Of a DNA stretch of 64,000 nt, positions 37,883 to 48,002 are shown in pieces (the stretch's first letter is position 1; every line of letters starts with the position of its first letter). Position numbers and translations under genes: made by a program. The stretch lies in assembly GCA_045592905.1 (NCBI GenBank), contig JAZNVR010000024.1, positions 1,528 through 65,527 of the forward strand, read 5' to 3'. Source of the stretch: Candidatus Enterousia sp. (GTDB lineage: Bacteria; Pseudomonadota; Alphaproteobacteria; Rs-D84). Below the pieces are notes generated by a model. It worked only from the letters and a program-made list of their open reading frames with translations. It searched no databases and was not told the origin of the DNA.

Positions 37883-38707
37883 TTATAACAAATTTTTAGC
37901 CAATATCGCAAATGTTTCTGGTGATAAATTTTCTGCACGCTCTGTCCCTGTTAAACCAAATTCAGACCAATTAACATTTGGCAGTATTGAACGTATCATT
38001 TTACGACGCTGACCAAATAATTTTGCCGTTATTTTTTCAACTTTAGATAAATCTGAAATATGTGCGATTTTATTTTTATTCGGTATAATCTGAACAACTG
38101 CAGATTGCACTTTGGGACGTGGGACAAACGCTGTATTCGGAACATCAAATAATATTTTGCTGTCTGCAATCAATGATGTCAGAACAGCCAAACGACCATA
38201 ATGTTCATCGCCAGGCTGTGATACAATACGCAATGCAACCTCTTTCTGGAACATCAATGTCAAAGATTTTATATGTTCACCGCCCGCTATTTTTTGCAAC
38301 CAACCAATCAATAATTGAGTGCCAACGTTATATGGCAAATTTGCACATATTGCATACTCTGACAGCCCAAGTTCTGAAAAATTTACACGCAACGCATCAT
38401 CATATACCACTTCTAGCCGACCATCAGATGCATTTACAATCTGTGTCAAAATAGGAGATGTGGTTTTGTCTTTTTCAATTGCGATAACACGTGGGGCACC
38501 AGCCAATAATATTGCACGTGTTAACCCCGCAGGCCCAGGTCCAACTTCTATTACAGGAACAGATTCAATATCAGGAACACTGCGTGCAATACGACCTGTT
38601 AAATTCAAATCAAACAAAAAATTTTGACCAAACTGCTTCTTGGGTTCTAAACCAGATTCACGCATCATGACAGATACAGGTGGCAAAGATGATATACCAT
38701 TATTCAT
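37883..38707 (-). CDS. rsmA: 16S rRNA (adenine1518/1519-N6) dimethyltransferase
   Basis: FGQNFLFD and EVGPGPAGLT motifs. Confidence 0.92.
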   Translation of the reverse strand: MNNGISSLPPVSVMMRESGLEPKKQFGQNFLFDLNLTGRIARSVPDIESVPVIEVGPGPAGLTRAILLAGAPRVIAIEKDKTTSPILTQIVNASDGRLEVVYDDALRVNFSELGLSEYAICANLPYNVGTQLLIGWLQKIAGGEHIKSLTLMFQKEVALRIVSQPGDEHYGRLAVLTSLIADSKILFDVPNTAFVPRPKVQSAVVQIIPNKNKIAHISDLSKVEKITAKLFGQRRKMIRSILPNVNWSEFGLTGTERAENLSPETFAILAKNLL

Positions 38708-39303
38708 AACGATTTTCGTCCCCCAAATGCCAATGTCAATGTTCCATCATCAAGATAATCTAAATCACCACCCAATGGCACACCAGATGCCAATTCTGTA
38801 AATACAACATCTGTACCATCATCAATAACAGACATAATATAATTTTGTGTTGTCTTGCCTTCTATGGTATTTGGTAATGCAAATATGACTTCTGAAATAT
38901 TTTCATCTTTGATACGTGATGAAAGATTAGAAATATTCAAGTCCTGGGGCAAAACACCGGAAACACCAGACAACAAACCACCGATTATATGATAACGCCC
39001 ATGAAACACAGATGATTTTTCCAAGACCCAAACATCAGATAAATCACGAACAATACATAACTGACCATTTTGACGTGATGTGTCCTTGCAAAATTCACAC
39101 ACCCCCACACCACAATCAGTCAAAACACCACATATTGGACAAGGAACAATATTTTCTGTGGCATCAATTATCGCATCTGCCAACGTACGTGCACGCCCTG
39201 TTTTGTCCTGCAACAAAGCCAACACAATGCGTTGACCACCACGACCACCAACACGTGGCAGTTTTGCGAACAACTTTATTAACTTTTCTATTTTTGGATT
39301 CAT
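38704..39303 (-). CDS. recR: Recombination protein RecR
   Basis: C4 zinc finger CPICG..CEFC and a Toprim segment. Start at the internal ATG (MNPKIEKLI..). Its stop overlaps the rsmA start (ATGA). Confidence 0.92.
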   Translation of the reverse strand: MNPKIEKLIKLFAKLPRVGGRGGQRIVLALLQDKTGRARTLADAIIDATENIVPCPICGVLTDCGVGVCEFCKDTSRQNGQLCIVRDLSDVWVLEKSSVFHGRYHIIGGLLSGVSGVLPQDLNISNLSSRIKDENISEVIFALPNTIEGKTTQNYIMSVIDDGTDVVFTELASGVPLGGDLDYLDDGTLTLAFGGRKSL

Positions 39304-39319
39304 TACATACCATACAATA

Positions 39320-40471
39320 CTAATGAAATATATAACTGTCAATACCATGCGATATTGCATTTGATTTTATTTTTTGTGCATCTGTTTCAGATAAACCATA
39401 TATACGAACACGATATAACCCTGTATCAGTCTGTTCAACAACAGTATTTACACCTAATTTAGTCTTAATACTTTGTACATGTTTCTGGGCCGTTGACTGC
39501 GATGAAAATGCACCAAACTGAACCCCTGCACCACCAGACTGGTTTACAACCGTCTTTACAGGTTTAACAGGCTGAGAATTACCAGTCGCATAATTATACA
39601 TCTGCGACATTGTTACAGTATCAGATGATGTTTGCACAATCGGTTCAACACGACTGTTCACAACAACAGGCGCATCACCATTACCCAACATAGAAAAACC
39701 ACGATTTAACATCTGGGCGGCAACATTTGCACGAACATCTTTGTTTTCCGCACCCAAAACAACAGACATTAAACGATTATTACCACGCTGTGCAGTTGCA
39801 ACCAACGAATATTTAGACTTCTTGGTATATCCTGTTTTCATACCATCACAACCATTAAAAGATGTCAACAACCTGTTTCCATTTGTGTATGTCTTGCCAT
39901 TATATGTCCATGTCTTGATACCAAAAAAATGCCAATATTGTGGAAAATGTTTATATACAGCCATTGACAGTAATGCAATATCACGTGCAGTTGATAAATG
40001 ATCGTCATTTGGCAAACCGGATGAATTCTCAAAATTTGTGTTAGTTAATCCAATTTCACGTGCGACACGTGTCATCAAATCTGCGAACGATTGTTCTTGG
40101 CCGCCTTTTAAGTTTTCTGCCAACACACGTGCAACATCATTTGCACTGTATACAGCCACAGCCTTTATCGCATCTTCAACACGAATTTTAGACCCAGCCA
40201 CCAATCCAAGTTTAACAGGTTCTGCATTTGCGGCCGATTGCGATACAATTAAATAATCATCCAACGCCAAACGATTATGTTCTAGTGCATCAAACGTTAA
40301 ATATAATGTCATTATCTTTGTTAAACTGGCCGGATAATTTAATTGATTTGCATTTTCTTGATACAGCACACGACCCGAGTTCATATCTGCAACCAATGCC
40401 GCACGATATTGTGCACCATACACATCAAAAGATAAACATATCATACATAAAAATAAAATCATTCTTCTCAT
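39320..40471 (-). CDS. D-alanyl-D-alanine carboxypeptidase (PBP5/6 class) with a C-terminal SPOR domain
   Basis: SLTKIMT (SxxK), YSAND (SxN) and KTGYT (KTG) motifs. C-terminal GVQFGAFSSQSTAQKH..GLYRVRIYGLSETDAQKIK is SPOR-like. Confidence 0.85.
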   Translation of the reverse strand: MRRMILFLCMICLSFDVYGAQYRAALVADMNSGRVLYQENANQLNYPASLTKIMTLYLTFDALEHNRLALDDYLIVSQSAANAEPVKLGLVAGSKIRVEDAIKAVAVYSANDVARVLAENLKGGQEQSFADLMTRVAREIGLTNTNFENSSGLPNDDHLSTARDIALLSMAVYKHFPQYWHFFGIKTWTYNGKTYTNGNRLLTSFNGCDGMKTGYTKKSKYSLVATAQRGNNRLMSVVLGAENKDVRANVAAQMLNRGFSMLGNGDAPVVVNSRVEPIVQTSSDTVTMSQMYNYATGNSQPVKPVKTVVNQSGGAGVQFGAFSSQSTAQKHVQSIKTKLGVNTVVEQTDTGLYRVRIYGLSETDAQKIKSNAISHGIDSYIFH

Positions 40472-40513
40472 GCTGATATATGTTAGTAAAAAAAACCGAA
40501 CCCGGTCAACAAA

Positions 40514-40541
40514 TAAAAATCCCTGAACACAGGGATTTTAT
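40514..40541 (-). terminator. Intrinsic terminator after the 318-aa ORFan
   Basis: A5-ATCCCTG-AACA-CAGGGAT-TTTA. Confidence 0.65.
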
Positions 40542-41497
40542 TAACGCATACGTGTTATTCGTGCAAGTTTTAATTGTGCATTTAATCGTTCATATTTTCT
40601 TTCTTGCAATGCTTTTTGTTTTGATTTATCCAAACTATTTTGAAATCCCTGTGTTCTGGCATGTTGTTTTGCCAATAAATCCATACGTTCTTGCTCATGC
40701 TGACGCAACATATTCTGAAAATCATCAAACACTGTTATATTCTTCAATTCTGCATCATGTCTTTGTGATAAACAATCAAGTTCTTTACTGTTCATATCGT
40801 GCAACATTTTACGCACTTTTTCTGCTTTTGATTTTCTGTCGTTTGTAATTTCCTGTCTGGCAGCAACAGCATTCGCAACAGTCCCAGATGCATACATATT
40901 GTATTCATTCAACATTTGAACAGAACCTGTACGCATAATATCACGTTTGCGTAAATTTTCTGGCGTCAAAGAAACCTTGGACATAGATACTAACTGTAAC
41001 ATTTCGTTATACACATCTGATACAATCTTAATTAAATGCGAACTGCCATGAACAGGTAACAAAGCCATTTTCTGAAAAGAGTTCAACAAACTTCCTATTT
41101 TCAAACATTGGTCTGCAAACTGTTTGGACTGACCACGTGCAGGTTTAATAATATATTGTTTATTGAATGGATGTCTGTAACCCCCTGTTGTTTTATTTAT
41201 TACACCATGCAAATACCGTGGTAATTTTCTGTAATCCGAAGATAATGGTGAAATGTTATATAACGCATCACATGCACACATTTTACCATTATTCAACAAC
41301 TGTGCCGGTAACGGTGAATAAATATGGAACACAGCATATAAAAAAGCAACAATACTCCATATCGTTTTACCCTTGGCAAATACAGTATCGTACATAAACT
41401 TCACATAGTCATACTTGACATTCGTGTCCATATTCGCAGTTAATTCGTTAAATATTTGTTCTGGTAATTTATCTAAAATTGTTTTTTCTGTATTCAT
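40541..41497 (-). CDS. Hypothetical protein (318 aa), monocistronic
   Basis: ATG with an AAAGGA RBS; flanked by intrinsic terminators on both sides; K/Q/R/E-rich helical C-terminal third; no recognisable motif. Confidence 0.6.
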   Translation of the reverse strand: MNTEKTILDKLPEQIFNELTANMDTNVKYDYVKFMYDTVFAKGKTIWSIVAFLYAVFHIYSPLPAQLLNNGKMCACDALYNISPLSSDYRKLPRYLHGVINKTTGGYRHPFNKQYIIKPARGQSKQFADQCLKIGSLLNSFQKMALLPVHGSSHLIKIVSDVYNEMLQLVSMSKVSLTPENLRKRDIMRTGSVQMLNEYNMYASGTVANAVAARQEITNDRKSKAEKVRKMLHDMNSKELDCLSQRHDAELKNITVFDDFQNMLRQHEQERMDLLAKQHARTQGFQNSLDKSKQKALQERKYERLNAQLKLARITRMR

Positions 41498-41527
41498 ATT
41501 TATATAATCCTTTACCCAATACTATAA

Positions 41528-41558
41528 TAAAAGTCCCTGTATTACAAGGGACTTTTTA
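41528..41558. terminator. Bidirectional intrinsic terminator after the RND pump gene
   Basis: AAAAGTCCCT..AGGGACTTTTT. Confidence 0.7.
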
Positions 41559-41560
41559 CA

Positions 41561-44500
41561 TCATTTTAGAAATTTTGGTCGCCAATGACGGGCCCGTTCA
41601 ATCAACACAAATAACGCAGGTGTTAATGTAAATGTAAACAGCAAACTGGCCAACATACCACCAATCATAACTGCACCCATGGCAACCTTCATACCGTCTG
41701 CAGACCACAATTGCGGCACCATACCAGCCACAACAGCAATTGATGTCATTAAAACCATATTCTTTTTATCATTTAGTTCTGCCCACAATGCATCAAACGG
41801 CTTTTCACCACTGTTTACACGATTAATTGTTGGTTCCAGAACCAAGATATTATTATTAACAACCAATCCGACCAACATAACAAATGCCAACATCGCACCA
41901 ACATTCATTGTCGCACCAGACAAGAACATCAAAATAAACACACCTGTAAAACTGGTCAAAATAGATGTTGCAATCGTAAACGGATGTGCCAAAGAATTCA
42001 GAATTGCGGCCAACAACATGTACGTCAAAATCGTTGCCAACAAGAATGCCTTGCCAATTTCACCAGTGGTTTCACCTTGAATTTCAGACATTCCACCAAA
42101 TTCAAAATAATATCCTGGTTTCCAATCTATCTTTGCTAATTCTGATTCTATTTTACTTTGTACAGGCCCCATTGTTGATTTTCCGATATTTATATCAACT
42201 TCGGTTAATCTGTTTTTATCTTCACGACGAATATCCGGTGTTGCAGGCATATATTTTACATCGCCCAACGAAGATAACGGAACCATACCTTTGCTTGAAT
42301 TTACATACACATTGTCAAACATCGTAGCGTTTTTAAATGGTTCTGCAAATTCTAAAATTATCGGATATTCTTCACCGTTTTCTTTATATTTGTATGTGTC
42401 ATTACCAAATAACGCTGTACGCAAAGTCGTTGCAGCATATGCGTTTTGAACACCCCAGAAATTCATTTGTTCTTCGTCTGGAATAAATTGCATTTCCATC
42501 GCAGGCAATTGCTGTGCACGAACAGCAGATTGAACTTCTGGTATTTTATTTACAATATCAATAATTTGATTTGCGTATGCTTCACGAATATTATCATCTT
42601 CACCAAACACATTCAAAACCAAATCTGCTGAAACACCTGCTGAATGTGCTTCACCTGCACGCATTTGTATTTCAACATCTGCAATATCTGCTAAAACAGG
42701 TAACATACGTTGAACCAACATCTTATCTGATATTGAACGTTCTGATACATCAACCAATTCAACTGTTACAGAAATATTTTGTAATCCACGTTCTCCAATT
42801 TTTACAGTAGTCGCCTTGACTTCGGAAAACTGTTTCAGTTTTTCTTCAATCTGTATTGCAACAGATTCAGACTTTTCATACGTTGAACCCATCGGGGTAC
42901 GTGCAGTAATTGTTATTTCATTTGCATCTGTTGATGGCGAAAATTCATTACCAACAAACTTCATAAACATTGTTGACGCAATAAATATTGCAACACCCAT
43001 ACCAACAACACGCCCAGGATGTGCAAATTGCACATTAAACCAACGATACAACCAACTGTGTTCTAATGTTGCACGTTCTGCTTTAACAACTTGCTTTTTT
43101 TCTTGTTTCTTTTTACCTGTTAAACGCAAGAATTTTGCAATCATCATTGGTGTTAATGTGAACGAAAACATCAACGACAACAATGTTAAATATACAACAG
43201 TCATACCAAACTGAACCATAAACTGGCCAACAATTCCGCCCATAAACGCCAATGGCAAGAACACAACAACGTTTGTTCCAACGCCCGCCAACACAGATAC
43301 CGCAACTTTTTTAGTTCCATCAATTGCGGCATCTTCTGGATTCTTGCCGGCATGCATTTCTTGTAATGCCGCCTCAATCAAAATAATCGCATTTGACACC
43401 AATGTTCCCAATGCAGATGAATATGCCAATAATGTCAATGCGTTTACAGTAAAGTTACTTTTATCCATAAAGAAGAACCCAGCAATCAACGATGCAGGAA
43501 TGACAACACCCGCAATAACTGTTGAACGCCAATTTCGTGTAAATGCCAACAAAACTAAAACAGTCAAAACAACCCCCAGGATAATACCATTGATTGTACT
43601 GTCTGTTTCATCTGATACGGCAATAGATGAATCCGATGCAATTAACATTGTCGCATCTGGAAATTTAGATTTCATATCTGATTCTAACTGTGGCATTTTT
43701 TCACGTAATGCACGAGAAATATTTATTGCATTTCCATCCGAAGATTTTACAACAGATGCAACAACAACAGATTCGCCATTATAACGTGCACCATTTTCAA
43801 TATCACGTGCAGCATCTGAAATTGTTGCAATATCAGACAATCTAAACTTATTACCTTCTACGGTTGTTAAATGCAAATTTGCAATTTCATCAATTGAAGA
43901 AAACTCGCCAATAAAACGAACATTAGAAGAATCACGACTGGTTTCTATTTTTCCACCTGGAACATTCAAATTACGAGCCCCCAGTGCAGACACAACATCC
44001 ATAACCGTTACACCATTCGCAGCCATCAAATCAGGATTCATCGCAATACGAATTGCACGTTGCAGACCACCAAACACAGAAACACTTGCAACACCTGGTA
44101 TCGCAGTAATTTTATTAGATAAAATATTATCAACATATTCTTCCATTTCACGTGCATCTGCACCACGTAAAACAATATCAACAACAGATTCTTGTAATGG
44201 GTTTAATTTTTCAACCACAGGTCTGTCCATATCTTCTGGGAATTCAGACAATAATGCATCCAACTTTGTTTTTACTTCTGTTGATTTATCATTAGCATTT
44301 ACACCCAAGTTAAATTCAGCAACAACAAAACCACTGTTTTCATAACCATACGAAATAACTCTCTTTAATTCTGAAACTTCTGAAATTGCATCTTCTGCAC
44401 GTTTCAGAATTTGTGATTCTATTTCTTCGGGTGATGCACCAGGATAAATAAACGTTGCTGTAACCAATGGCAAATCCATTGGTGGTGTGCGTTCAATATT

Positions 44501-44590
44501 CATATTTGGAAACGATACTAACCCTAAAACGAACCACAATAAAACAAACATTAATGTTGTAATTGGTCTGCGTACAAAGAACTTTAACAT
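41561..44590 (-). CDS. RND (AcrB/HAE1-like) inner-membrane efflux transporter
   Basis: 1009 aa, 12-TM/two-large-loop architecture, AcrB-like N-terminus MLKFFVRRPITTLMFVLL. Confidence 0.93.
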   Translation of the reverse strand: MLKFFVRRPITTLMFVLLWFVLGLVSFPNMNIERTPPMDLPLVTATFIYPGASPEEIESQILKRAEDAISEVSELKRVISYGYENSGFVVAEFNLGVNANDKSTEVKTKLDALLSEFPEDMDRPVVEKLNPLQESVVDIVLRGADAREMEEYVDNILSNKITAIPGVASVSVFGGLQRAIRIAMNPDLMAANGVTVMDVVSALGARNLNVPGGKIETSRDSSNVRFIGEFSSIDEIANLHLTTVEGNKFRLSDIATISDAARDIENGARYNGESVVVASVVKSSDGNAINISRALREKMPQLESDMKSKFPDATMLIASDSSIAVSDETDSTINGIILGVVLTVLVLLAFTRNWRSTVIAGVVIPASLIAGFFFMDKSNFTVNALTLLAYSSALGTLVSNAIILIEAALQEMHAGKNPEDAAIDGTKKVAVSVLAGVGTNVVVFLPLAFMGGIVGQFMVQFGMTVVYLTLLSLMFSFTLTPMMIAKFLRLTGKKKQEKKQVVKAERATLEHSWLYRWFNVQFAHPGRVVGMGVAIFIASTMFMKFVGNEFSPSTDANEITITARTPMGSTYEKSESVAIQIEEKLKQFSEVKATTVKIGERGLQNISVTVELVDVSERSISDKMLVQRMLPVLADIADVEIQMRAGEAHSAGVSADLVLNVFGEDDNIREAYANQIIDIVNKIPEVQSAVRAQQLPAMEMQFIPDEEQMNFWGVQNAYAATTLRTALFGNDTYKYKENGEEYPIILEFAEPFKNATMFDNVYVNSSKGMVPLSSLGDVKYMPATPDIRREDKNRLTEVDINIGKSTMGPVQSKIESELAKIDWKPGYYFEFGGMSEIQGETTGEIGKAFLLATILTYMLLAAILNSLAHPFTIATSILTSFTGVFILMFLSGATMNVGAMLAFVMLVGLVVNNNILVLEPTINRVNSGEKPFDALWAELNDKKNMVLMTSIAVVAGMVPQLWSADGMKVAMGAVMIGGMLASLLFTFTLTPALFVLIERARHWRPKFLK

Positions 44591-44608
44591 AATACCACCC
44601 CTTGGAAA

Positions 44609-45208
44609 TTATTTGCTTAATTTTACTTTATCGCCTGCGTTAACTTTGGATAAAATCACAATATCGCCTGATTTTAATCCAGAATCAATATATGCATTTT
44701 CAGAATCTTGACGAACGACATGAACATTGCGTTCAACTGCAATACCATCTTCTACAACCAAAACAGTATTGTTTGAAATTGCATACAACGGAATAAATAT
44801 TCCATTGGTTGTAAATTCTGCAAACTGCAACCCATCTGACACACCAGATGTACGAACCAAATACATACCTGTATTCAGATCAATACCACTGGAAACATAC
44901 GTTATTTTACCATTACCAATTTTTTGTCCGGCACGTAAATTTGCAGCACGTTCCCCAGACACATATGCACGATTATTTTTAATCGCCACTGGTTCATATA
45001 TTGTTCCAGTTGCATTTATAACATCCATGGATTCTATTGGCAATCCAACATCTGCAGCGACACGTGATGCATTAAATACAAATCTTGCATTTTCAGACGC
45101 AACCGCTGCAAATCTAAATATTACCCACCCAACCATAATTGCAACCAGTGCAATAAAAAAAGCATGCTTGAATTTTTTTGAACGAATTGTTTTTTGTATT
45201 TTTTCCAT
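44609..45208 (-). CDS. Unusually short RND periplasmic adaptor (membrane fusion protein-like, about 200 aa)
   Basis: N-terminal TM anchor, then beta-rich segments resembling the MFP barrel/membrane-proximal parts (..YVSGERAANLRAGQKI..GMYLVR..VLVVEDGIAVERNV..GLKSGDIVI). No coiled-coil hairpin-length segment. ATG at 45208 (AGGTGA RBS) preferred over the GTG at 45217. Confidence 0.7.
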   Translation of the reverse strand: MEKIQKTIRSKKFKHAFFIALVAIMVGWVIFRFAAVASENARFVFNASRVAADVGLPIESMDVINATGTIYEPVAIKNNRAYVSGERAANLRAGQKIGNGKITYVSSGIDLNTGMYLVRTSGVSDGLQFAEFTTNGIFIPLYAISNNTVLVVEDGIAVERNVHVVRQDSENAYIDSGLKSGDIVILSKVNAGDKVKLSK

Positions 45209-45209
45209 T

Positions 45210-46541
45210 TTACTCACCTAATTTTTTTACCGATTCTGCAGACATTAAAATATTATACTTGGTACTTAACAGTGCGATATCCAACTGATACAGCCCCGCA
45301 GACACATCTGCTAATTCAACCGCAGACGTTTGACCAGAAGCGAAACGATTCTGCGATAATTTGTATGTCTGAGCAGCCAAATCACGTGCCTTTTCCAATG
45401 TTGTTAAGTTTCCACGTAATCTGTTATATTGTGTTATAGCGTTGTTATATTGTTCTGTTGTTATTTTTTTTGCTTTATCTAAATCTTGTTGTGCCGCAAT
45501 TGCATTCATTGCTTCAACTGTTGCATTTGCACGATTTAATCCACCACTAAACAACGGCACCTGTAACGCCAATCCCCAATATGCAGACTGACTGCCTTTC
45601 TTATCAAACATATGCCCCATATCTTCTGATAATGTCATATAACTATAATTTGCAGTTGCAGCCAAGGTTGGGTATGCATTTGCACGTTTTGATTTTGCCA
45701 AACGTTCGTACATTTTAACTTGTTCACCCAATATTTCCCATTGTGGCGTTGTATTTAATTCAGCCGCATTTAATTCATCAAACTTTTTTGGGAAAGAATC
45801 TGTTAACACTAATTTTTCATCAATGTTGATACCAGCCATAATTTTCAACATTCTGTGTGCAGTATCACGATTGAATTCTGCATCAGAAACGTTTATTTCT
45901 TTGGATGCGATATCTGATTCTATTTTTAATAAATTACTGCGATTTGCACGACCTGCTGATGTCAAACTTTTTTTAGCAGCACGTGCATTTGCTAAATCTT
46001 GTTTTGCCAAAACCACAATTTCATCTGTCATTTTTGCAGTCCAATATAATTGTGCTGCAGCATACTTAACCTCACGCAGGGTCATTTCCTTAGACGCTTC
46101 GGACATTTTAATTGCAGACTTTACAGATTTAACTGCATTGCCAATCTTGCCAAATGTATAAATCGGTTGCGTCAATGACACGCCCGCCTGAAAAATATTA
46201 TCAGGAACAGGAATTGACACTGCTGTATCCTTCAGAGATTCCGCAATAAACCCACCCATTGATGGCGGCAAATCAATTGTTTTAGATTTTGATGGATCTT
46301 CTACATTAACTAAATTCATATACGACACAGAACCATCCAGTTTAAACCAACGATTTGCATTAGCCGCATCCAATGACGCTTCGGCTTTTTTAAGATTTGC
46401 ATCAGCTTTCTTCAAATCATGCGACTGATCTAATATCATATTGGTTGCACTTTCCAACGATAAATCCATTGCATATGACGGCAATATAAAAGCACCTGCA
46501 ACAACAGATGCAAACACAAACACTGTTTTCAGTTTATTCAT
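45210..46541 (-). CDS. TolC-like outer membrane efflux factor
   Basis: Signal peptide, then two repeats of the OEP-type helical/beta pattern; position in the efflux operon. Confidence 0.85.
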   Translation of the reverse strand: MNKLKTVFVFASVVAGAFILPSYAMDLSLESATNMILDQSHDLKKADANLKKAEASLDAANANRWFKLDGSVSYMNLVNVEDPSKSKTIDLPPSMGGFIAESLKDTAVSIPVPDNIFQAGVSLTQPIYTFGKIGNAVKSVKSAIKMSEASKEMTLREVKYAAAQLYWTAKMTDEIVVLAKQDLANARAAKKSLTSAGRANRSNLLKIESDIASKEINVSDAEFNRDTAHRMLKIMAGINIDEKLVLTDSFPKKFDELNAAELNTTPQWEILGEQVKMYERLAKSKRANAYPTLAATANYSYMTLSEDMGHMFDKKGSQSAYWGLALQVPLFSGGLNRANATVEAMNAIAAQQDLDKAKKITTEQYNNAITQYNRLRGNLTTLEKARDLAAQTYKLSQNRFASGQTSAVELADVSAGLYQLDIALLSTKYNILMSAESVKKLGE

Positions 46542-46983
46542 TATTCAACTCCACATTATTCAAAACATTTCTTAATGTACGCAATGCATCTGTCAGACGT
46601 TTTTCATCTTCTTTGGAAATTCCAGAAAACATCTGTTCAACGCCCTGACGAAACAAATCCATTGCACGCAAAGACAATTCTGCACCACGTGGTGACACAC
46701 AATACCACGTGTTACGTCTGTCTTCATCATCAGTCGCACGCACAACCAACCCATCGTGTTCCAGTTTGCGAAACGCAGCACACAAATTAGGCGTAGAAAT
46801 ATGTTCACGTCGTGCAATATCTTTCAATTTTGCACGCCCACCATTATGCAAACGCACCAATATCGCCAACAACTGACGTGGATATCCAATATTTTCTGTA
46901 CGTTTTAGTCCCAATCTGTCGGACATTTTTTCCATTGTCCACAAATTATCTTCTAATAATGCAACAAATTCCTTGCGCGACAT
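46534..46983 (-). CDS. MarR-family transcriptional regulator
   Basis: Winged-HTH region (LKDIARREHISTPNLCAAFRKLEHDGLVVR..DEDRRNTWYCVSPRG). First gene of the efflux operon, with an 8-nt overlap with the next gene. Confidence 0.85.
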   Translation of the reverse strand: MSRKEFVALLEDNLWTMEKMSDRLGLKRTENIGYPRQLLAILVRLHNGGRAKLKDIARREHISTPNLCAAFRKLEHDGLVVRATDDEDRRNTWYCVSPRGAELSLRAMDLFRQGVEQMFSGISKEDEKRLTDALRTLRNVLNNVELNNE

Positions 46984-47126
46984 TTTATTCTCCTATATAA
47001 TAGGTTCGGTATATAAATTTATTACAAATTTTAATGATTATAAAATATAATGATTTTTATTTCAAGCACAAAATTGAAAAAAACAAAAAAAATTTGCACG
47101 CTATTGATTTGTAATAAAAAATATTA

Positions 47127-47154
47127 TTGCAATTTATGAAAAGATAGTTATAAT
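47127..47154 (+). promoter_or_regulatory. Candidate promoter of tRNA-Gln
   Basis: TTGCAA, 16-nt spacer, TATAAT; the -10 element ends 12 nt before the tRNA 5' end. Confidence 0.5.
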
Positions 47155-47166
47155 CATTGACGCAAT

Positions 47167-47240
47167 TGGGGTGTCGTCTAATGGTAGGACAAGAGATTTT
47201 GGTTCTCTTTATCATGGTTCGAATCCGTGCGCCCCAACCA
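47167..47240 (+). tRNA. tRNA-Gln (anticodon UUG), CCA end encoded
   Basis: TGGGGTG TC GTCT AATGGTA GGAC A AGAGA TTTTGGT TCTCT TTAT CATGG TTCGAAT CCGTG CGCCCCA A CCA. Anticodon at 47199-47201. Confidence 0.93.
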
Positions 47241-47299
47241 AGATACATGGTTGATAATATGCGAGAAAAGAAGTTTTATTTTAAAACCATAAATCAGAT

Positions 47300-47330
47300 A
47301 AAACACCCATAGTTATGGGTGTTTTTTTTA
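47300..47330 (+). terminator. Intrinsic terminator after tRNA-Gln
   Basis: ACACCCAT-AGTT-ATGGGTGT followed by T8. Confidence 0.8.
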
Positions 47331-47359
47331 ACCTAAAAAAATAAAAAAGGAGGTAAAAA

Positions 47360-47824
47360 ATGGCTAATATATTTAGATACTCAATAAAAGCAATTATTAT
47401 CAAAGATGGTAAACTGCTGGTTGAAAGTTGTGATTATGGGCGGGGACGATTTTCCAAATTGCCGGGTGGCGGACATCAATGGGGCGAAACAATGGTTCAG
47501 GCAATTCAACGAGAATGTCGTGAAGAATTATGCTTGGATGTTGTGCCAAAACGATTGGTGATGGTTCGTGACTATATTGCCAAGAATCATAATACAACCA
47601 TTGATAACGATGATTTTCACCAGGCCGAACTGATGTTTGAATGTGATGTTGCAGACTTTTCCACAATGGGTTGCGGCACAGAACCAGACAGCGAAGGTCA
47701 ACAAATTTTGTGGGTAAATTTGGATGATTTAGAAAAAACAGATTTTATGCCCCAGGCTATTGTGCCATATCTGAAAAAACTGGGAGACATAACAGAAACA
47801 GTCGTGCTGGGGGATGTAAATTAA
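47360..47824 (+). CDS. NUDIX hydrolase
   Basis: Nudix box GGGHQWGETMVQAIQRECREELCL; AAGGAGGT RBS. Confidence 0.8.
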   Translation: MANIFRYSIKAIIIKDGKLLVESCDYGRGRFSKLPGGGHQWGETMVQAIQRECREELCLDVVPKRLVMVRDYIAKNHNTTIDNDDFHQAELMFECDVADFSTMGCGTEPDSEGQQILWVNLDDLEKTDFMPQAIVPYLKKLGDITETVVLGDVN

Positions 47825-47969
47825 ACAAAAGAAAGAAAAAACACTCTGCAGGCCAAGACAAACAAGAATTGACCGCACGATTAAATGCTGATTGTCCATT
47901 AGCGACCAACAAAGAGATAGAACGGTCTGATTTTAAATATCTAAAAAAACTTGCATGACACATATATAC

Positions 47970-48002
47970 AAAACTGCCCAGTAATAACTGGGCAGTTTTT
48001 TA
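47970..48002. terminator. Bidirectional intrinsic terminator (NUDIX / ABC-F)
   Basis: AAAA-CTGCCCAGT-AATA-ACTGGGCAG-T6. Confidence 0.8.

Noticed and set aside
47825-47969. 145-nt gap between the NUDIX stop and its terminator, plus the 68-aa minus-strand ORF at 47757-47963
   Set aside because: The ORF overlaps the NUDIX 3' end and has a nonsense-like composition. No structure or motif suggests more than a long 3' UTR.
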